NCBI RefSeq assembly: GCF_018350175.1 | Contig: NC_058368.1 | Coordinates: forward strand, 160,458,001-160,522,000 | Length of the DNA: 64,000 bases | Direction: 5' to 3' | Origin: Felis catus | Lineage: Eukaryota | Shown here: one piece after another, positions 1-13,591 of the stretch | How positions within the stretch are numbered: position 1 is the first letter of the stretch | Layout of the letters: every line of letters starts with the position of its first letter | Position numbers and translations under genes: made by a program | The notes under the pieces: model-generated | Seen by the model: the letters and a program-made list of their open reading frames with translations, nothing else | The model's database searches: none | Told to the model about the DNA's origin: nothing

Positions 1-1134
1 AGGTAAAACATTTTTATGTCTTCGGTAGTAACTCAGATTCTATGCCTACCATAAGGCTTTTCTGAGTGGAATGAGCTGAGAAAAAAAAAATATCAAGTAG
101 ATGAAATCTCTTTCAGAAAAGAAGTAAAAGGAAAATCTCCTTCTCCTGGCTCCAGAGAATTATGGGGACAACAGAGGTACACCTCCTTCAGAGGTACAGG
201 AGACATCTGGTTGAGATGTGTGAGTCCCACTGAAATGAAATCCTTGAACAGAAGAGACTGCAGTTGTCAGAGGGAGAAGTTGAAGGTGGGGACATTGTGG
301 CTCCTCTTCCTGTTCGGACTCTAGCATAGACAACCAGTGATATGCTGTGGTCTGGAATTGATCCAGGGCAGTTCTGCAGAGAACAGAGTTAGTTAGGTAG
401 AAAGGACCTATTTAACAGTCGGGAAGTAATCTTGGCTCTCTTTGGTTATATTTTACCAGAGTTGCCTCCTGGTCCCAGGAATAGTGAAAGTAATTGGGAG
501 TCTATGGGCATGCAGCGGATCAGATCCAAGATGACCCCACAGCACAGGGTGTCGGTTAGACTAAGTCTAGGGGTCTGTGGTGATTAACAGGAAAGAGAAT
601 CAGAAGATGTCTCCCATACCAGTGTGAGTACCACAGTGGGGTTTAGTCAGACATAAGGTCTCACTAAGGAGTTGATAGGGACAAAAACCACAAGTGATGC
701 GAGGCAAAAGTTGAGCAGCAGGAGCCCTTATACTGCCCAAGGATGGAAACACATGCACCAATGCCACAGAAATGCTAACCAACACAGACACAAGAGCCAG
801 GTTAAGGCAAGAATATTTCCTTTCTGCTAATGCTGTAAAGTCAAACCTAGATGCCTTCTTTAACAACGAAAGATGTCTTCTTGGAGGAGGGTGAATGTAG
901 AATGGAGTACGACTTAGATTGTCAAGAAACTGAAAATTAAAACAAATTGTTATAAACATTTTTACTATGTTGGGTATGTTGAATATTAATGGTGATCAAC
1001 TACTTAGAAAGTAAAATCAGTGATAGATAAAAGAAGATAAATTTTGGGAACACATTTAAGTGCAGTGTAAATAAACTTGTAACCCCATTAGAATCACATT
1101 ATAGTTCTTTGTCATCAATTCTGTATATTCAACG

Positions 1135-1241
1135 GTGTGTAACTGACTTGAGGGCAGAAAGCTACCTTATTTTTCTTTGGTATCTGCTGTGAATAGCATA
1201 GTGTTTGGCATATAGCAAATGTTTATTAGATTGAAATGAAT
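1135..1241 (+). mobile_element. L2 LINE 3'-end remnant
   Basis: Resembles the L2 terminus: 'ttgagggcag...gcatagtgtttggcatatag...ttgaaatgaat'. Confidence 0.5.
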
Positions 1242-1489
1242 TTACCACTATCAAGAGCATTTGCTTTCAAATCAAGTTTCCCTTGGGCTAGGGCTGAATA
1301 ACCCTAGGTGAGAATTCTGGTATTTCTCCAGAGGTTCTGAATCTTGACAAACTAGTTCAAAGACAGTCTAACCAGAGGTATTAGAATAAGCAAAGACATA
1401 GAGATAAGAAACCAGTGTGTTTACAAAAATGGTGAGTTCTCCAATTTGGCTGATTAGGAATTATCATTGTCAGTGTTAAATTCCACTAA

Positions 1490-1601
1490 TAATATTAGCA
1501 GTTACAACTTACTAAGTACTTTTTCCATTAGCATATTACTGTGCTTTGCAATTTATATCCTTCATTTCAATTAACAATCCTATGGCAATAGGTATTACTG
1601 C
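1490..1601 (-). mobile_element. MIR fragment
   Basis: 'acttactaagtact...tgtgctttg...aacaatcctatggcaataggtatta' resembles antisense MIR. Confidence 0.5.
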
Positions 1602-2325
1602 TGTATTAGCTTCCAATTAGGAGACAGAAATCACACAGTAATTTAAACATGGAAAGTAAAATACAAAGAATTAATATAATATTGGATTGGCTAATAAGGG
1701 GGAAAGAAAGCTAAAGAATTTGAAATAACAAATATAGGCAGAAGCCTCTACTCCTAGGTAGGGACAATACCCAGCACCCAACAATGAAGCAAATCTGGAT
1801 AATTTCCTCCTATGGGACTGAGATGCAAACTTTTTTGGGAAGGTTGCAGCCATGGCTCACTGGATGGTAAAAGTGGCTGAGGTTTTTCAAAAAAGGCTCA
1901 TTGAGAATCATCCTCTGGGATGGTCATGAAGCTGTCTCTGGAAAAGTTCTGAGCCTCACAGTGCCCTGAGAAGCCAAGGGGGAAAGCTATTTACAGGTAT
2001 GACCCCAGATGGGCATACCTTTTGCATAGCTACTTAAGTGCATGCCAAGGAAGTTGCTTGTAGAAAAGTGCTGCATATTGCTTGCCCACAGGTGCTATTG
2101 GCTGCCATGTGATACAGGAGCTGGGTACCCCCAAATTCTATGTGCTTCAGGAACCTGGGAGAGAGGCTTACCCTAACCAGGCAGGGGAACCCCTACCACC
2201 TCCGGTGTCTCTCCAGCACCCTCTACTGGTAAAGTTTATCATCATGTCCTCTAGAAAAGGAGAAACAATTAACAGTGTCCAGTAGTAGACAATGAAATGC
2301 AAATTTGAAACTAAAAACCCATCTT
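1602..2325 (-). mobile_element. Ancient ERVL-type solo LTR (LTR41/LTR52-like)
   Basis: Starts 'tgtattag...aggagacagaaatcacacagtaatttaaaca' and contains 'ctccagcaccctctactggtaaagtttatcatc...aaaggagaaa', both recalled as LTR41-family features. Confidence 0.6.
2213..2229 (-). promoter_or_regulatory. CTCF-like motif inside the LTR
   Basis: Minus strand reads CCAGTAGAGGGTGCTGG, close to the CTCF core CCASYAGRGGGCRC. Confidence 0.4.
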
Positions 2326-3274
2326 GTTTATTTTTTATAGATTAGGAAATTGAGTGTCAGAGAGATTTTTGTGACTTTCTGAGTCACAAAAATGATCAGA
2401 AAAGCTTGGAATTCAAACACGTGTCTGTAGTTTTCATTATATGCTGCAGCTCTAGAAGATTCATCTGACAACAGTGTGTGGGAGAGATTGTAGTGGCGAT
2501 GAGACTGGGGTAGGAACATCTAATAAATTGTTATAGTGAGCCGTGTAGAAGAAAATGATGATTTCTGAAATATGTAACTACATGGACCTTTCTTGTGTAA
2601 CTTGTGAATTTTCTTATCTAAGTTAAGCTGGTTAATATAAGAATTCAGTTGCTTTGAGTGTTACATGGTAAAAAGAGTTGGCAAGAAAATGTTAATAGAT
2701 TCATTTAAAGGGTATTATTGTAGATGTATACAAAGAAATAATTTACTATATTTAGATTCGGTATATTTAGATTATCCTCAATCTTAAATTTGCATTTCAC
2801 ACGTATCTCTGTCCAAGGAACAGCTCTTACTGGTTTTAAAGACTTAAAAGGCCATCTGGTACAGATAATACACCTGATGGGGTGAAGATAGCTCAACATT
2901 TGTTTTCCATTCCCTTCAAGAATTTTTAGGCCCTTTTTACCCTTCCCAAAGCCTTTGGAGTCTCTAGGTATGTGCCAAAACACTTACTTGGAATAAAAAA
3001 CTGGGCATCCCCAGCGCAGTTCTGAGTGCCTAATGGTCAGGTTCCCGGGATGAGTTCCTTGGGTGTGTCAAACCCTTGGGAGACCATGTTTCAGATAGGA
3101 GAACTATCCAAGCAACTCTATATAACCTTTAGTCCACAAATTATATGACTTTCTAAATATAAATCTTTTAGCTCAATTCTCACTTGGAAGAATGCAAGGA
3201 TTTATAAGAATCTGTGTTCTATTGGGTTTACTACTGCACTCTTTCCGTTTTATTAAACTCAATTCTCTCTTAAA

Positions 3275-3489
3275 TTTTTTTTTTGTAACGTTTATTTATT
3301 TTTGAGACAGAGAGAGACAGAGCATGAGTTGCGGAGGGTCAGAGAGAGAGGGAGACACAGAATCGGAAACAGGCTCCAGGCTCTGAGCCATCAGCCCAGA
3401 GCCCGACGCGGGGCTCGAACTCACGGACCGTGAGATCGTGACCTGAGCTGAAGTCGGACGCTTAACCGACCGAGCCACCCAGGCGCCCC
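3275..3489 (-). mobile_element. CAN-SINE (SINEC_Fc type), full length
   Basis: tRNA-like head GGGGCGCCTGGGTGGCTCGG, (CT)n region and A-tail; perfect 16-bp TSD tcaattctctcttaaa at 3259-3274 and 3490-3505. Confidence 0.97.
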
Positions 3490-3607
3490 TCAATTCTCTC
3501 TTAAAACTTAGCCACAGAACTGCTTTTCCTGATTTTTCTTCAACTTTCCCCCTGCCCCACCCCCTTCTGCTTGAGACTAGTGGACAGGATAGTGTAGAGT
3601 TTAAGAC

Positions 3608-4059
3608 TGTGTTCTTGGTCCTGAGAATGTGCTATGCAGACCTATAGGTATAGAGAGCATAAGGAGCATAACTGACCATAGGTCCCATATGTGTTCTGAA
3701 ACCTGTAGCTGCACTTGCAGTGAGGCACACTTCATACTGGCTGTTCCTCTTCAATACCTGAGCACAGCAGGGAGATGATGGGAGCTTTGGTCTTGGGAGA
3801 CAGGGTGATCCTCTGATGGTAACTTTGACCTTCAGACTCCAACAGCCTTGCCAAACCTTAGACTCCCTGCATCTAAGTCCCTTCTGCCCAATCCATTTTT
3901 TCCCTCTTTCACTTCTATAGAGACTTGCATAGTGGTCTGACAGCTCTCCTGGCCTTTCCTGGATTTTTCTCTGTTTCTCCATAGGTATTTCCCCAAGTAA
4001 ACACTTTGTATATTTAACCCTGTTTGGTGTCTGCTTCTTGGAGCTCTTGAACTCAGTCA
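3608..4059 (+). mobile_element. ERVL solo LTR (LTR16-like) inserted into a MIR
   Basis: 'ggagcataactgac...gaggcacacttc...tgagcacagcaggg' and terminus 'ttggtgtctgcttcttggag...tgaactcagtca'; MIR halves at about 3578-3607 and 4060-4195. Confidence 0.7.
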
Positions 4060-6004
4060 TCTATGGAATCAGAAAGTTGGCTCAAACCTGGATTGGCCAT
4101 TTACTGTCTGTTGGTTACTTAACCTCTGTGTTCTGCAGTTTAGGTATATGTAATATGAGAATAATTATAGTTGCCTACTTCATGGGGTTTAAGAAATAAT
4201 AAAATTCATATATATATATATACATTTATATATGTAAACATTTATATATACAAACATATATATAGTATATATTATTATATATAATAAAAATAAATGCTAG
4301 TTATTACATTCTTATATTCCTAGCACAGTTCTCTGAATAGAATCTACATGGGAAAATCTTATATGAGCTGTCAAACATTTTTCAACTCATCTTGTTAGGT
4401 ACCTCTTGAATTTATACTTGATGCAAAAAAAGAGGAAGTTCCCATATCTAAAGACGTTGAAGAATAAAAGCAGAAAATGAGAGGAATATTTATGCTGTCC
4501 ATATATTGTTTGCACAGTAGTTAGCACAGCAAAAATTTGCACATGCACAACTTAACAGACTCCATTTTGCTGTATTTGGCCACCTTACGTGAATAATAAG
4601 AGACAGTAAATTACAGGAGTCAGTAGGATATCAGTGAAGGCTGGGGATACCCTGCATGTAAATGAGATTTGTGAAGGATAAGAGGAAATGATAAGCAGAT
4701 ATTAAATGAACAATAACAAGATTCTTGTGCATAATCACATTTATAAGTGATATTTACCAAATATATGTGAAAAAATTTAATTTTTTTAAATTAATGTTGT
4801 TATCTGGAATTTTAACATAGACACATTATCTTGGGGCAACTATCCTGGAACGTCATCAACATGATCCAATCCTCTATTATACTTCATCCCTTTACACAAT
4901 TTTCATATATGTCATCTTAAACAATTCTCACAACCACATGAGGGATAATAGAACAAATAGAACAGTCTTATTTACTATCAGGGTAAATGGATGAATAAGC
5001 CTATAATGACCTTGTAGAGGACATTTTGCTCATTTCTCATTTATAGTTCAGTGGGATTCTAGATCTGATGTGGAACTGGGTAACTTCAGTAGCATTCAGA
5101 ATTTCTAGATCCATTTATATCTCTTGAATACTACATTATTTGGGTCTTACATGGAACCTCTGAGACTTTTCAAGACATGGTGAAACAGAAATCATCCTGG
5201 ACTTTGTCCAACAAATTGAACTCCACAAGAAAGGTATTTTCTGGTATATTTGTCCAAAGATACTTGATAGTGTGACAAAAATGGTTTCCAAATAGTCAGA
5301 TCTTTATTCAACTATCATCCCTAAAATCTATACCTATTTGGTCTGTCACATGGTTCCCATCAGGATTCAGTCCAAGAATAAGCAGTAAGTGAGCCATATG
5401 GATTTTAGCCTCCCCTGGTGAGTGAGAATGTGCTTGATTACACAGCTCAGAGTTCCTACAGAGGAAGGCTGGCACATATGTAACAGATGTAAGCTCCTGC
5501 AGGATCCTGCCATACATCTGCCTTGAAAATGAGTTACAACAGGGCTTTTATTTACATAAGATTGCCTGCTTCCCTGGTCTTTGTGGTTCTAATGCAACGT
5601 TTCTCTAAGACTTTTCAATAAACTCATACTCTTATTTTAGTCTTCCCATTCTCCCATTTTGGGTGACAGAAAGAAATTAAATATGATAAAGAATGAATAC
5701 CTGGGAAAGGAACAAATGCCAAATAATTACAGCCAAGTTGTCTACTTTTCAATTTTATTGTTTAGTTTTCTTCGAAATTTTAAGATACGGGTATTTTACT
5801 TTAGTCAGTTATAGAAGGAAGTTAAAACGGTGTGATTCTGTGCAGAATGATGATGCCTTGCCCTTGCCCTACAGTTGAGGAGGACTACCAGATAACTGTT
5901 GTTTCATTCTTTTTTCTTCTGAAAGATACTGATCCAATAGCTGGAAAAAGTACTTGAGATGATTAACCTGACATGCCTCTTGTCTCTATTTCTCCTAGCA
6001 GAAG

Positions 6005-6177
6005 ACACTTTAGTGTATATAAGAAACACCTAAGATTCTTGTTAAAAATGCAATTTCCTGGGTCCCACCTTCAGAAATTTTTGATCTGTGTGTCCTGGCA
6101 GCACCCAAGAATCTGCATTTAGTAAGGATACTAGGTGACTGATCCTAGAAAGTTAGCTCACACTTTGAGAAAAACGC
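6005..6177. mobile_element. MER5-type hAT-Charlie non-autonomous element
   Basis: 'cttgttaaaaatgcaatttcctgggtcccacc...cccaagaatctgcattt...cacactttgagaaa'. Confidence 0.7.
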
Positions 6178-6504
6178 TCTGAAAGTGTTTTCTTCTGATG
6201 ACGATTTAGCAATTGAATCATCTCTCCCAAGGGACTGCTTTGGTCATACATTTATAGTGAGTTGAAGGTTTGATAAGAACAGCTGAAGAGTTCTGAGTAG
6301 TGTTTAATTGTAAAAAAGCCAATTAGTCTCTCAAAGGACAGAGATAATAAATTATGGATTGTAACTTATTTTAATAGCCATAGATCAAATGGACAGCACA
6401 ATTAGGTATAAGCAATATAGCTTGATTAACACACTTCAGAACCTGTTGAATCTATCAGTTTTTTTTTCCATCCTATTCCCTCTCCCTTGATCTTCATTTT
6501 TTTC

Positions 6505-6509
<5 letters not shown>

Positions 6510-6554
<45 letters not shown>
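6510..6554. repeat. (AC)n microsatellite, about 22 units
   Basis: Seen directly. Confidence 0.98.
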
Positions 6555-6558
<4 letters not shown>

Positions 6559-7379
6559 AACAAACACATCTTTTCTCTCATTTTTTTGTTGAACCTCCTC
6601 AAATTTTTCTTTCACTTCCATCAAGCTGTTATATTTATATCCCCATTCAGATCTGTTCCTTTTTTTCTTCCCTCTTTCCAGTAAAGTGTCTTTCCACCCT
6701 ATATGCACAATGTCCACTGGAAAAACCTCTTCCTGGTAACATTTCAATTAAGTAATACTGTTCAGAATAACATACATGATCAAATGAGATAATTCATGTG
6801 GAAATGCTTTGAAAATTTAAGAAGATTTATTAAGCTAAAACATACAAATTTGTTTTGGGTTGAAAAACTAGTACAAATGATATTTGGGATCAAATTCAAG
6901 ATTGCCTTTACAGAGTGGGAAAAATACACCTGTGTAAGGATGCACCAAAGTGAAGCTCTTTGTGTTTCTCCTGGAGGAACATTGAAGTTACATGGTTTCT
7001 GTGCCCACATGAAGGAAGGAGGAAAGAAGTTACAGAAGCTCAGAGCTGAGGTCTGAGCTCTTATACTGTGGAAGGAGCAGAGGGAAGAACACACCAGCTC
7101 TCAAGCGCAATTTAAGAAAATTCTTGATTGTAAGAAAATTTTGCTTAAGGGATCTCAAAATTCCTGCACTTAGATCTTTATATACTATTTCTGTTTTATT
7201 GATTGCAATAGCATTGGTATAAGCATTGGTATAGCATTATCCTACCTTGTACTATTTGCCTGCCCTAAGCATGCTTCATGAATAGAAGCAGGATAAATGC
7301 TTATTTATTTCCTTTACCAATTTTCAGAACAATGAATGGGTACTCTAGTAACCTCTAAAGATAACCCGTAAGTTTTAAA

Positions 7380-7670
7380 ATACCATTATGAACTTAATGA
7401 AATTTCATTTATATGACATTGTTCTCACATTATTATTTTGATGCTGAAACAGTTCCACTTCTGGAGAGTGAAAGACTGTTTTCGAGTTAACTTCTGTGTG
7501 CTTTTGACATAGCAATTTGTTTTCCGTCAAAACAGGGCATCTCAGATATCTCTTACATATTACCAGATCCAGCTAAAATCAGTTGTCTAAGAAGCCTTGG
7601 TCCCTTTCAGTATGGAAAGTATAATTATAAATGGCATAATCAGGAGGCTTCTTGCCATCTTAACCTCTTG
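7380..7670 (-). mobile_element. Very old L1 (L1MC/ME-like) 3' region remnant
   Basis: 'aaatcagttgtctaagaagccttggtccctttcagt..ggaaa' resembles the L1MC 3' region; highly diverged. Confidence 0.4.
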
Positions 7671-9114
7671 TTAGAAGTGAAAAGAAAAACAGAAAAAGGA
7701 ATGCCATGATCAAAGGTCAGTAGTTTGTGTAAATACTGTAGGAAAAAACTTAACCCGAGACTTCAACTTAAAAAAATATCATTTGCAAGTTAGCTTTAAT
7801 ATTTTATTCTAACATTACTTGTTTTCTTGTATTTTGATTTGGCATTTGTCCTCATTTTGCAGACACTTATGCGTTTTGTCCATTTTTCTCGTCCAGTCTC
7901 CTAGGTGTTAACTTCATTAACTGAAAAATAAAATTGCCACCATAAGGAAATTAGACGGTCTCAACCTATGATTTTTTTTCTTATCTGGTTAATCAGTATG
8001 CTAAGCAATGTGAGAACGTATATTTGGACTGAAGATCTGGCTCATTAATCATCTACTACCATATTCTCCCTTCTAAGTAGTAAAGCTCTTGTTAATGAAA
8101 CTGATGGATAGTGAATAACAACGAGTCCTTCAATTTTGCATTAGTGTGTTAGACAGCAAAGAGTCATATAGAAAACGAGGTGCTTCAGACCTGAAAGAAA
8201 TTCCTATTTTAGATCTTAGGTGAAGAACTAGATATCCAAAGAGATTAAGTTATTTCCTCAGTGCCACATAGTTATTATTTAAGAAAAATGGTTTAAAAAC
8301 TGACTTTGAATGAAATATATTTCCCCCCTTTTGTATCAAAGTTTACTTGGATAAAAACAGATGAATATTTAGCTGTATTTTTAAATATGCTTAAGTGGAA
8401 GTAAAACAGTACCTAAGTATTTTTTGTTTTTTGGAATAAGTAATTACAGCCACAGGAAAAAGTGTGTTAAATTATTTATTCTCATCATGAAATTTCTTTT
8501 TAAGGAATGCTTCGAAAAGAACAGTATGATTGAGAAAATGTTTATGTCATTAGTTATAAGTCAGTTTCTCACATTTTTGAAAGTTTATTCTGAATTTGAA
8601 TTATGTACCCTGTCTGAAGGTGATTTTTAATATAGGTTTCCGTGTAGTGAAATTCCATTTAGTGTACAAAATTCAAAATATAAAATATAAAGTCTAAATC
8701 ATAGATTGCTTTAAAGATATTTACCTGTATGTTTTTTCTCAAAGACACATAATCCACATTTCTATTAGCAGAAAGCAGACTGAGCTTATTAGAATGGCTT
8801 TTAATTTTCAATAAGTGCTTAATCGCCTATAGATACATCTCTAATTTTTAAGAATATGGTGCTCTCTTAAACATTTGCATAGACATGTATTCATTAGCCT
8901 TTAATTTAGAGATAATACTATGGTTAGCCTTACCTTTTGTGGAATAAATATGTAATAAACAAAATGTGTAACAAATAATGTGTGAAACAATGTGGAAGAC
9001 ATTGTGGCAATAGAGTCCCTGAGCTATAGGACTAGTAAGAAAGAGTGTAATTATCTACCACATGTGTGGTAGAAATGTGGTTTTGCATTCTTTGTATTGC
9101 GGTGGATTTCTTCA

Positions 9115-9493
9115 ATTTTTTTTTTTTTGGTATAATTAACATATGGTGTTATATTAGTTTCAGGTGTCCAATATACTGATTTAACAATTCTATACACTTC
9201 TCAGTGCTCATTAAGAGAAATGTACTCTTAATCTCTTTTATCAATTTCATCCATCTCCTAACCTATCTCCCCTCTGGCAACCACCAGTTTGTATTTAAGA
9301 GTCTGCTTTTTTGTTTGCCTGTTTTCTTTCTTTGTTTCTTTGTTTTGTTTCTTAAATTCCACACATGAGTTAAATCATATGGTATTTGTCTTTTTCTGAC
9401 TGACTTGTTTCACTTAGTGTTATACCCTTTAGGTCCATACCTGTTGCAAAGAGTAAGATGTCATTTTTTTTTTATATGGCTGAGTAATATCTT

Positions 9494-9539
<46 letters not shown>

Positions 9540-9795
9540 TGTGTGTGTGTGTATACATACATACCACATCTTCTTCCATTCATCTATTGATGGATACTTG
9601 GATTGCTTCCATATCTTGACTATTTTAAATAGTGCTGCAATAAACATAAGGGTGCATATACTTTTCAAATTAGTGTTTTTGTTTTCTTTGGGTAAATACC
9701 CAGTAGTGGAATTACTGAATTACATAGTAATTCTATTTTTAATTTTTTGAGGTATCCTTATATTGTTTTCCACAGCAGCTGCACCAGTTTGCATA
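9115..9795 (-). mobile_element. 5'-truncated carnivore L1 3' end with internal (TG)n
   Basis: Poly(T), L1 3'UTR ('aaattccacacatgagttaaatcatatggtatttgtc') and ORF2 C-terminal region; (TG)n at about 9498-9553. Confidence 0.92.
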
Positions 9796-10554
9796 GCTAT
9801 TTAGGATTTCGTATGGGAAATTATAGATGAACTAAAGAAGAAACTGTTTGATTTGAAAGCCAATTTTTTAAAAATAGAAGATTCTAGGATTGCTATTCAA
9901 GAACATTGGTGTTGAATTGGTAAGAAGACTACCAACTTGGATTTACCCTTTAGGAGTTAAGTCATTTAAAAAAGAAAAGAGGTCTTTGGAAAGCAGAAAG
10001 CAGGCCATAATAACTACTTAATTACATAGGCTATAGAAAAGAAAAGCATCTTAGAAGAACCAGGAATGCAGAGAAGGCACCAAGAACTTTGGAGAAAAAT
10101 GGATTAAAGAACCAGTCTTAGGAAGTTCATAGGGGCCATGATCAAATAATATTCCCTAATTTTCAGAGTTACAGCAAATAGCAGTAAGTGACAGGCTGGA
10201 TTTCAGAATTATGCTGCATCAGTAAATTCCATGTGTTCCCATTCACATTGAGGTTATGTGTTCGCAGTATTTTTATTGAGATTATTCTGTCTCCATTTTA
10301 CCAGTGTTTGTTAGATGAACGGATGGATGTTTGGGGGAGGCAGTAGTGGTACATAGCCTTCATCTTAGCTTACAGATCTCGGGGAAAAATGAAGATAATT
10401 CAGGAATGGACTTTGAGGTCAGTAAGTTACAGGTAATACTTATAGGGGTCTTGAGAACAAATAAAAGTATTTTATATGGGTGAGGATTATAAGTAATTAT
10501 ACAACCAGAGGATGGATTGTGATAGATTTAGTCAGGCTATAAGTCCTTTTTAGT

Positions 10555-11013
10555 TTCTCCAATCAAGAAATAGTCTCTTTTACCATTCACTGAATCACAG
10601 GTGGCTTTGTGACTTGCTGTTTCTAAAAAAAATGTGGCTGAAGTGATGTGTGATCTCCAGAGCCTAGGCCTCAAGATATCTTGCAGTGTCCTTTTTGTCA
10701 CCTTGGAATGCTGCTCTGAGGCCATAATATTACTAAGTCAATCTAGCCTGCAGAAAGATGGAAGGACGTCTTGAAGGAAAAAAAATGGTTTACCTTTTGG
10801 TAGCAGTACAAGCTGCCAGACATAAGTGAGGCCATTTGGGACCTTCCTGCTGAGCTCACCTTCCACGTGAGCACAGTTACATAAATGAGAACAAGCAAAT
10901 TCAGCAAAGGAACCTCCTAGACACGGTTCAGAAACAGGAAAAATAATAAGTTACTGTTGTTATCCACTAAGGTTTGATGTGAGCTTCTTACACAAAGGCA
11001 TTTAACTGGAAAC
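10555..11013 (+). mobile_element. MaLR solo LTR (MLT1-type)
   Basis: 'ggctttgtgacttgct...gaagtgatgtgtga...gagcctaggcctcaaga' and terminus 'ccactaaggtttg...taactggaaaca'. Confidence 0.75.
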
Positions 11014-12903
11014 AAGACACGATGTTATATAAAAGAGAAGAAAAGATATTTTATGTAAGGAAGGACCACATTCAGTTTAGGAGAAATATGAAAATGTTCA
11101 TGAAGAATGTGCTATTTGAGGTTTATATTTGAATATGTGTCTGAAAGATAAATTGGGGACATGGTGTAGAAGAATTTGGAAGCCACAGTGTGGTATTTAT
11201 ACTCTGAAAGCAATGGGAAGTTGGCATTGTTTGTTTAGGAGAGTAGCTTAAATCCACTGCATAGCCAGTAACCAAGAGTGGAACTAGAACATTGAAGGTA
11301 CCTCTTGAATCATTGTTCAATGAATGTTCAGAAGTTTTTTCTAATCTCTTAGATGTTACAACACATTGACGTTCTTAATGCCAGTTTAGTCCATTGTGAG
11401 AATGTATCAGGATGTGTTAGGAAAAAAGCACTTTAATGTTCCTCAAAGGGCCTGAGAACAGAAGTGAACAAAATGTCTTTGTATTGAATACAGTCTTGAA
11501 TATATTGGCATGCTGCAAACCTATATGGATATATTTTAAACAGATAAAGGAAAAAGGCTGGAGTAAGAGTAAACAAGATGACCTTTCTGGCAAGATGTGC
11601 CACTATTTTATGCATGGTCACAGGATACTTTATGACACATAGCGTTCATGTGGAAAACATTTGCCCTCTTGATCGTTTGGATTAATTTGTACCATAAATG
11701 CATCTTTTCCCATCCTGTTCCCAGATTCATGGGCTTGATATATGGCACTATTTAGGTCTTTATTTTTCCTCTTAACTTCCCCTGAGGGAGTCTTCCAGTG
11801 TGACCATACTGATTGATGACCACCCTCCCAGTGACTAACTCCACAGAGTGTATGTATGTACAGCTTTATGGCTCATGGAACTCTGGGAACATTTCCAGTC
11901 ACTTTCTTTTTGTTTCCCCTTGTTTCTAGCTCTAGCTCTCTTTCAAAGAAGCTTGTACTTACTCTCTTACTTTATTTGACTTTGTCTCAGAGAGAACCGC
12001 TCTTGAGTCCTAATTTCAGATACTGCATCCTGGTCTTGACTTTTGCCTGTGCCAGTCAGGAGGCACGTGACATGAGCTTATTTGTACTGTTATCTATCAC
12101 TGGCTGCATCTCCTGCCCCTGGCTCTCATTGTCGTAACTTCTTCAGCAGAGTTGTGTATAACAGAGAGGCTCAATAATATTTCAGGTTTTTTTTCATGAT
12201 GAGCTTTTATATTGCTGTGTAAATACATTATATTTTCTCTGTATTATAATTGGCTGCACTTTAGACATGTGTAGTGTCAAACTGCTGAATTTGCTGAATT
12301 GTCCGTGATTACTTTTACCAATTAGATTATTTATTTCCTTGTGCTTGATTCTGTTTCCTAAGCTGCTAAAACTTTCCTTCTCATTGTCATGTTCCACACT
12401 AATTAAAGACACAATGGGTGCTTTTCCACATCAGTTATGAGTAACCTAAAACAAGGAGGAAAAGCTTTGGGCTTGAACTGAGTCCCAGGAACATAACAGC
12501 TAAAATCCAAGTTACTTTCACACTTTACTCTCTTCCTCCTTCCCTCCCTTCATTCTCCACTTTCCTTTTTCTCCCTAAAATAATGTTAATGTCTCCTTGT
12601 CTAAGTTACATGGGTCCACCAAAAAACATTTTGAGAAATAATAAAAAGTATGGAGAAAAACCTCCTCATTATTTTTTTTTTTCCTTGAAAGACCACCAAA
12701 CTCTGTTTTTTGGAAAAGACTCTTTGTGCCTGGAGCCGAATACTAAGACATAGTCTCTCTTTGACAGTCAGTGTTGTCCAATAGTTTTTTTCTGGCCTAT
12801 AAAGATGATGATGATGATGGTACCACTACTTATTGTACACTTATCATACATAAATTAATTTAATCTTATTTCCATCTATGTTGAGTAGTTGAATCATCAC
12901 CAC

Positions 12904-13122
12904 TTTTTAAAAAAAATTTTTAACGTTTATTTATTATCGAGAGACAGAAAGACACAGAGCATGAGGAGGGTGGGGCAGAGAGAGGGGGAAGCAGAATTTG
13001 AAGCAGGCTCCAGGCTCTGAGCGTCAGCACAGAGCCCAACACAGGGCTCCAGCTCACAAACCACGAGATCATGACCTGAGCCAAAGTCCGACGCTTAACC
13101 CGCTGAGCCACGCAGGCGCTCC
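12904..13122 (-). mobile_element. CAN-SINE
   Basis: Full SINE body; TSD aatcatcacca at 12892-12902 and 13124-13134. Confidence 0.96.
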
Positions 13123-13149
13123 AAATCATCACCATTTCTTTCTAAGATT

Positions 13150-13591
13150 TCCTTTGACATACAGAAAAGCCAAAGCCTCCATTTTTAGAATCCCTCTTCC
13201 TGTATGTTCCTGGTTGGCCTATGCCAATAAGAAGCATTTTTATTTGACTAGGAAAGCAGAAGGAAGGAGAGGCCATTATTCTCAGAAAGCAGTGTCAGCC
13301 AGATGCTGTGCAGATGAGACACTGATTAATATGGGCTCCCTGGCCAGTTCCTGGGGACCACCCTCTCACTGCTGCAGAAAGAAAAAGTCAATGGGAGCTT
13401 CCGTATATTTTCAGGAGTTGGAGCAGCTAACGCATATCAGTGCTCCAGGCTGAGATCATCAGGGTGGCTTCTCTGACCTTCACTCCCCAACTCTTCGAAT
13501 TTGTGGGTAGTTCTCTCATTCTTTGTATCAAATCTTTCATGCTTAGAACACATGAAGTGGTTTCTCTTGTTCCAGGAATCCCTGACCAGTA
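13150..13591 (+). mobile_element. Ancient ERVL LTR (LTR33-like)
   Basis: 'gccaataagaagca...gaaggaaggagaggccatt' and terminus 'gtggtttctcttgttcc...ccctgaccagta'. Confidence 0.5.

Noticed and set aside
140..960. Possible ancient LTR-type element and the 119-aa ORF at 600-959
   Set aside because: The composition is suggestive, but I could not assign termini or a family, and the peptide has no recognisable motif.
3632..4060. 142-aa minus-strand ORF
   Set aside because: It lies wholly within the LTR16-like solo LTR, antisense; no gag, pol or env motifs.
7660..7721. 41-nt exon candidate (ttag|AAGTGA...CAAAG|gtcagt)
   Set aside because: The acceptor sits at the edge of an old L1 remnant, the donor is modest, and such matches are expected by chance.
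12998..13453. 151-aa ORF as a gene
   Set aside because: It begins in an antisense SINE and continues through an LTR remnant; no domain signal.
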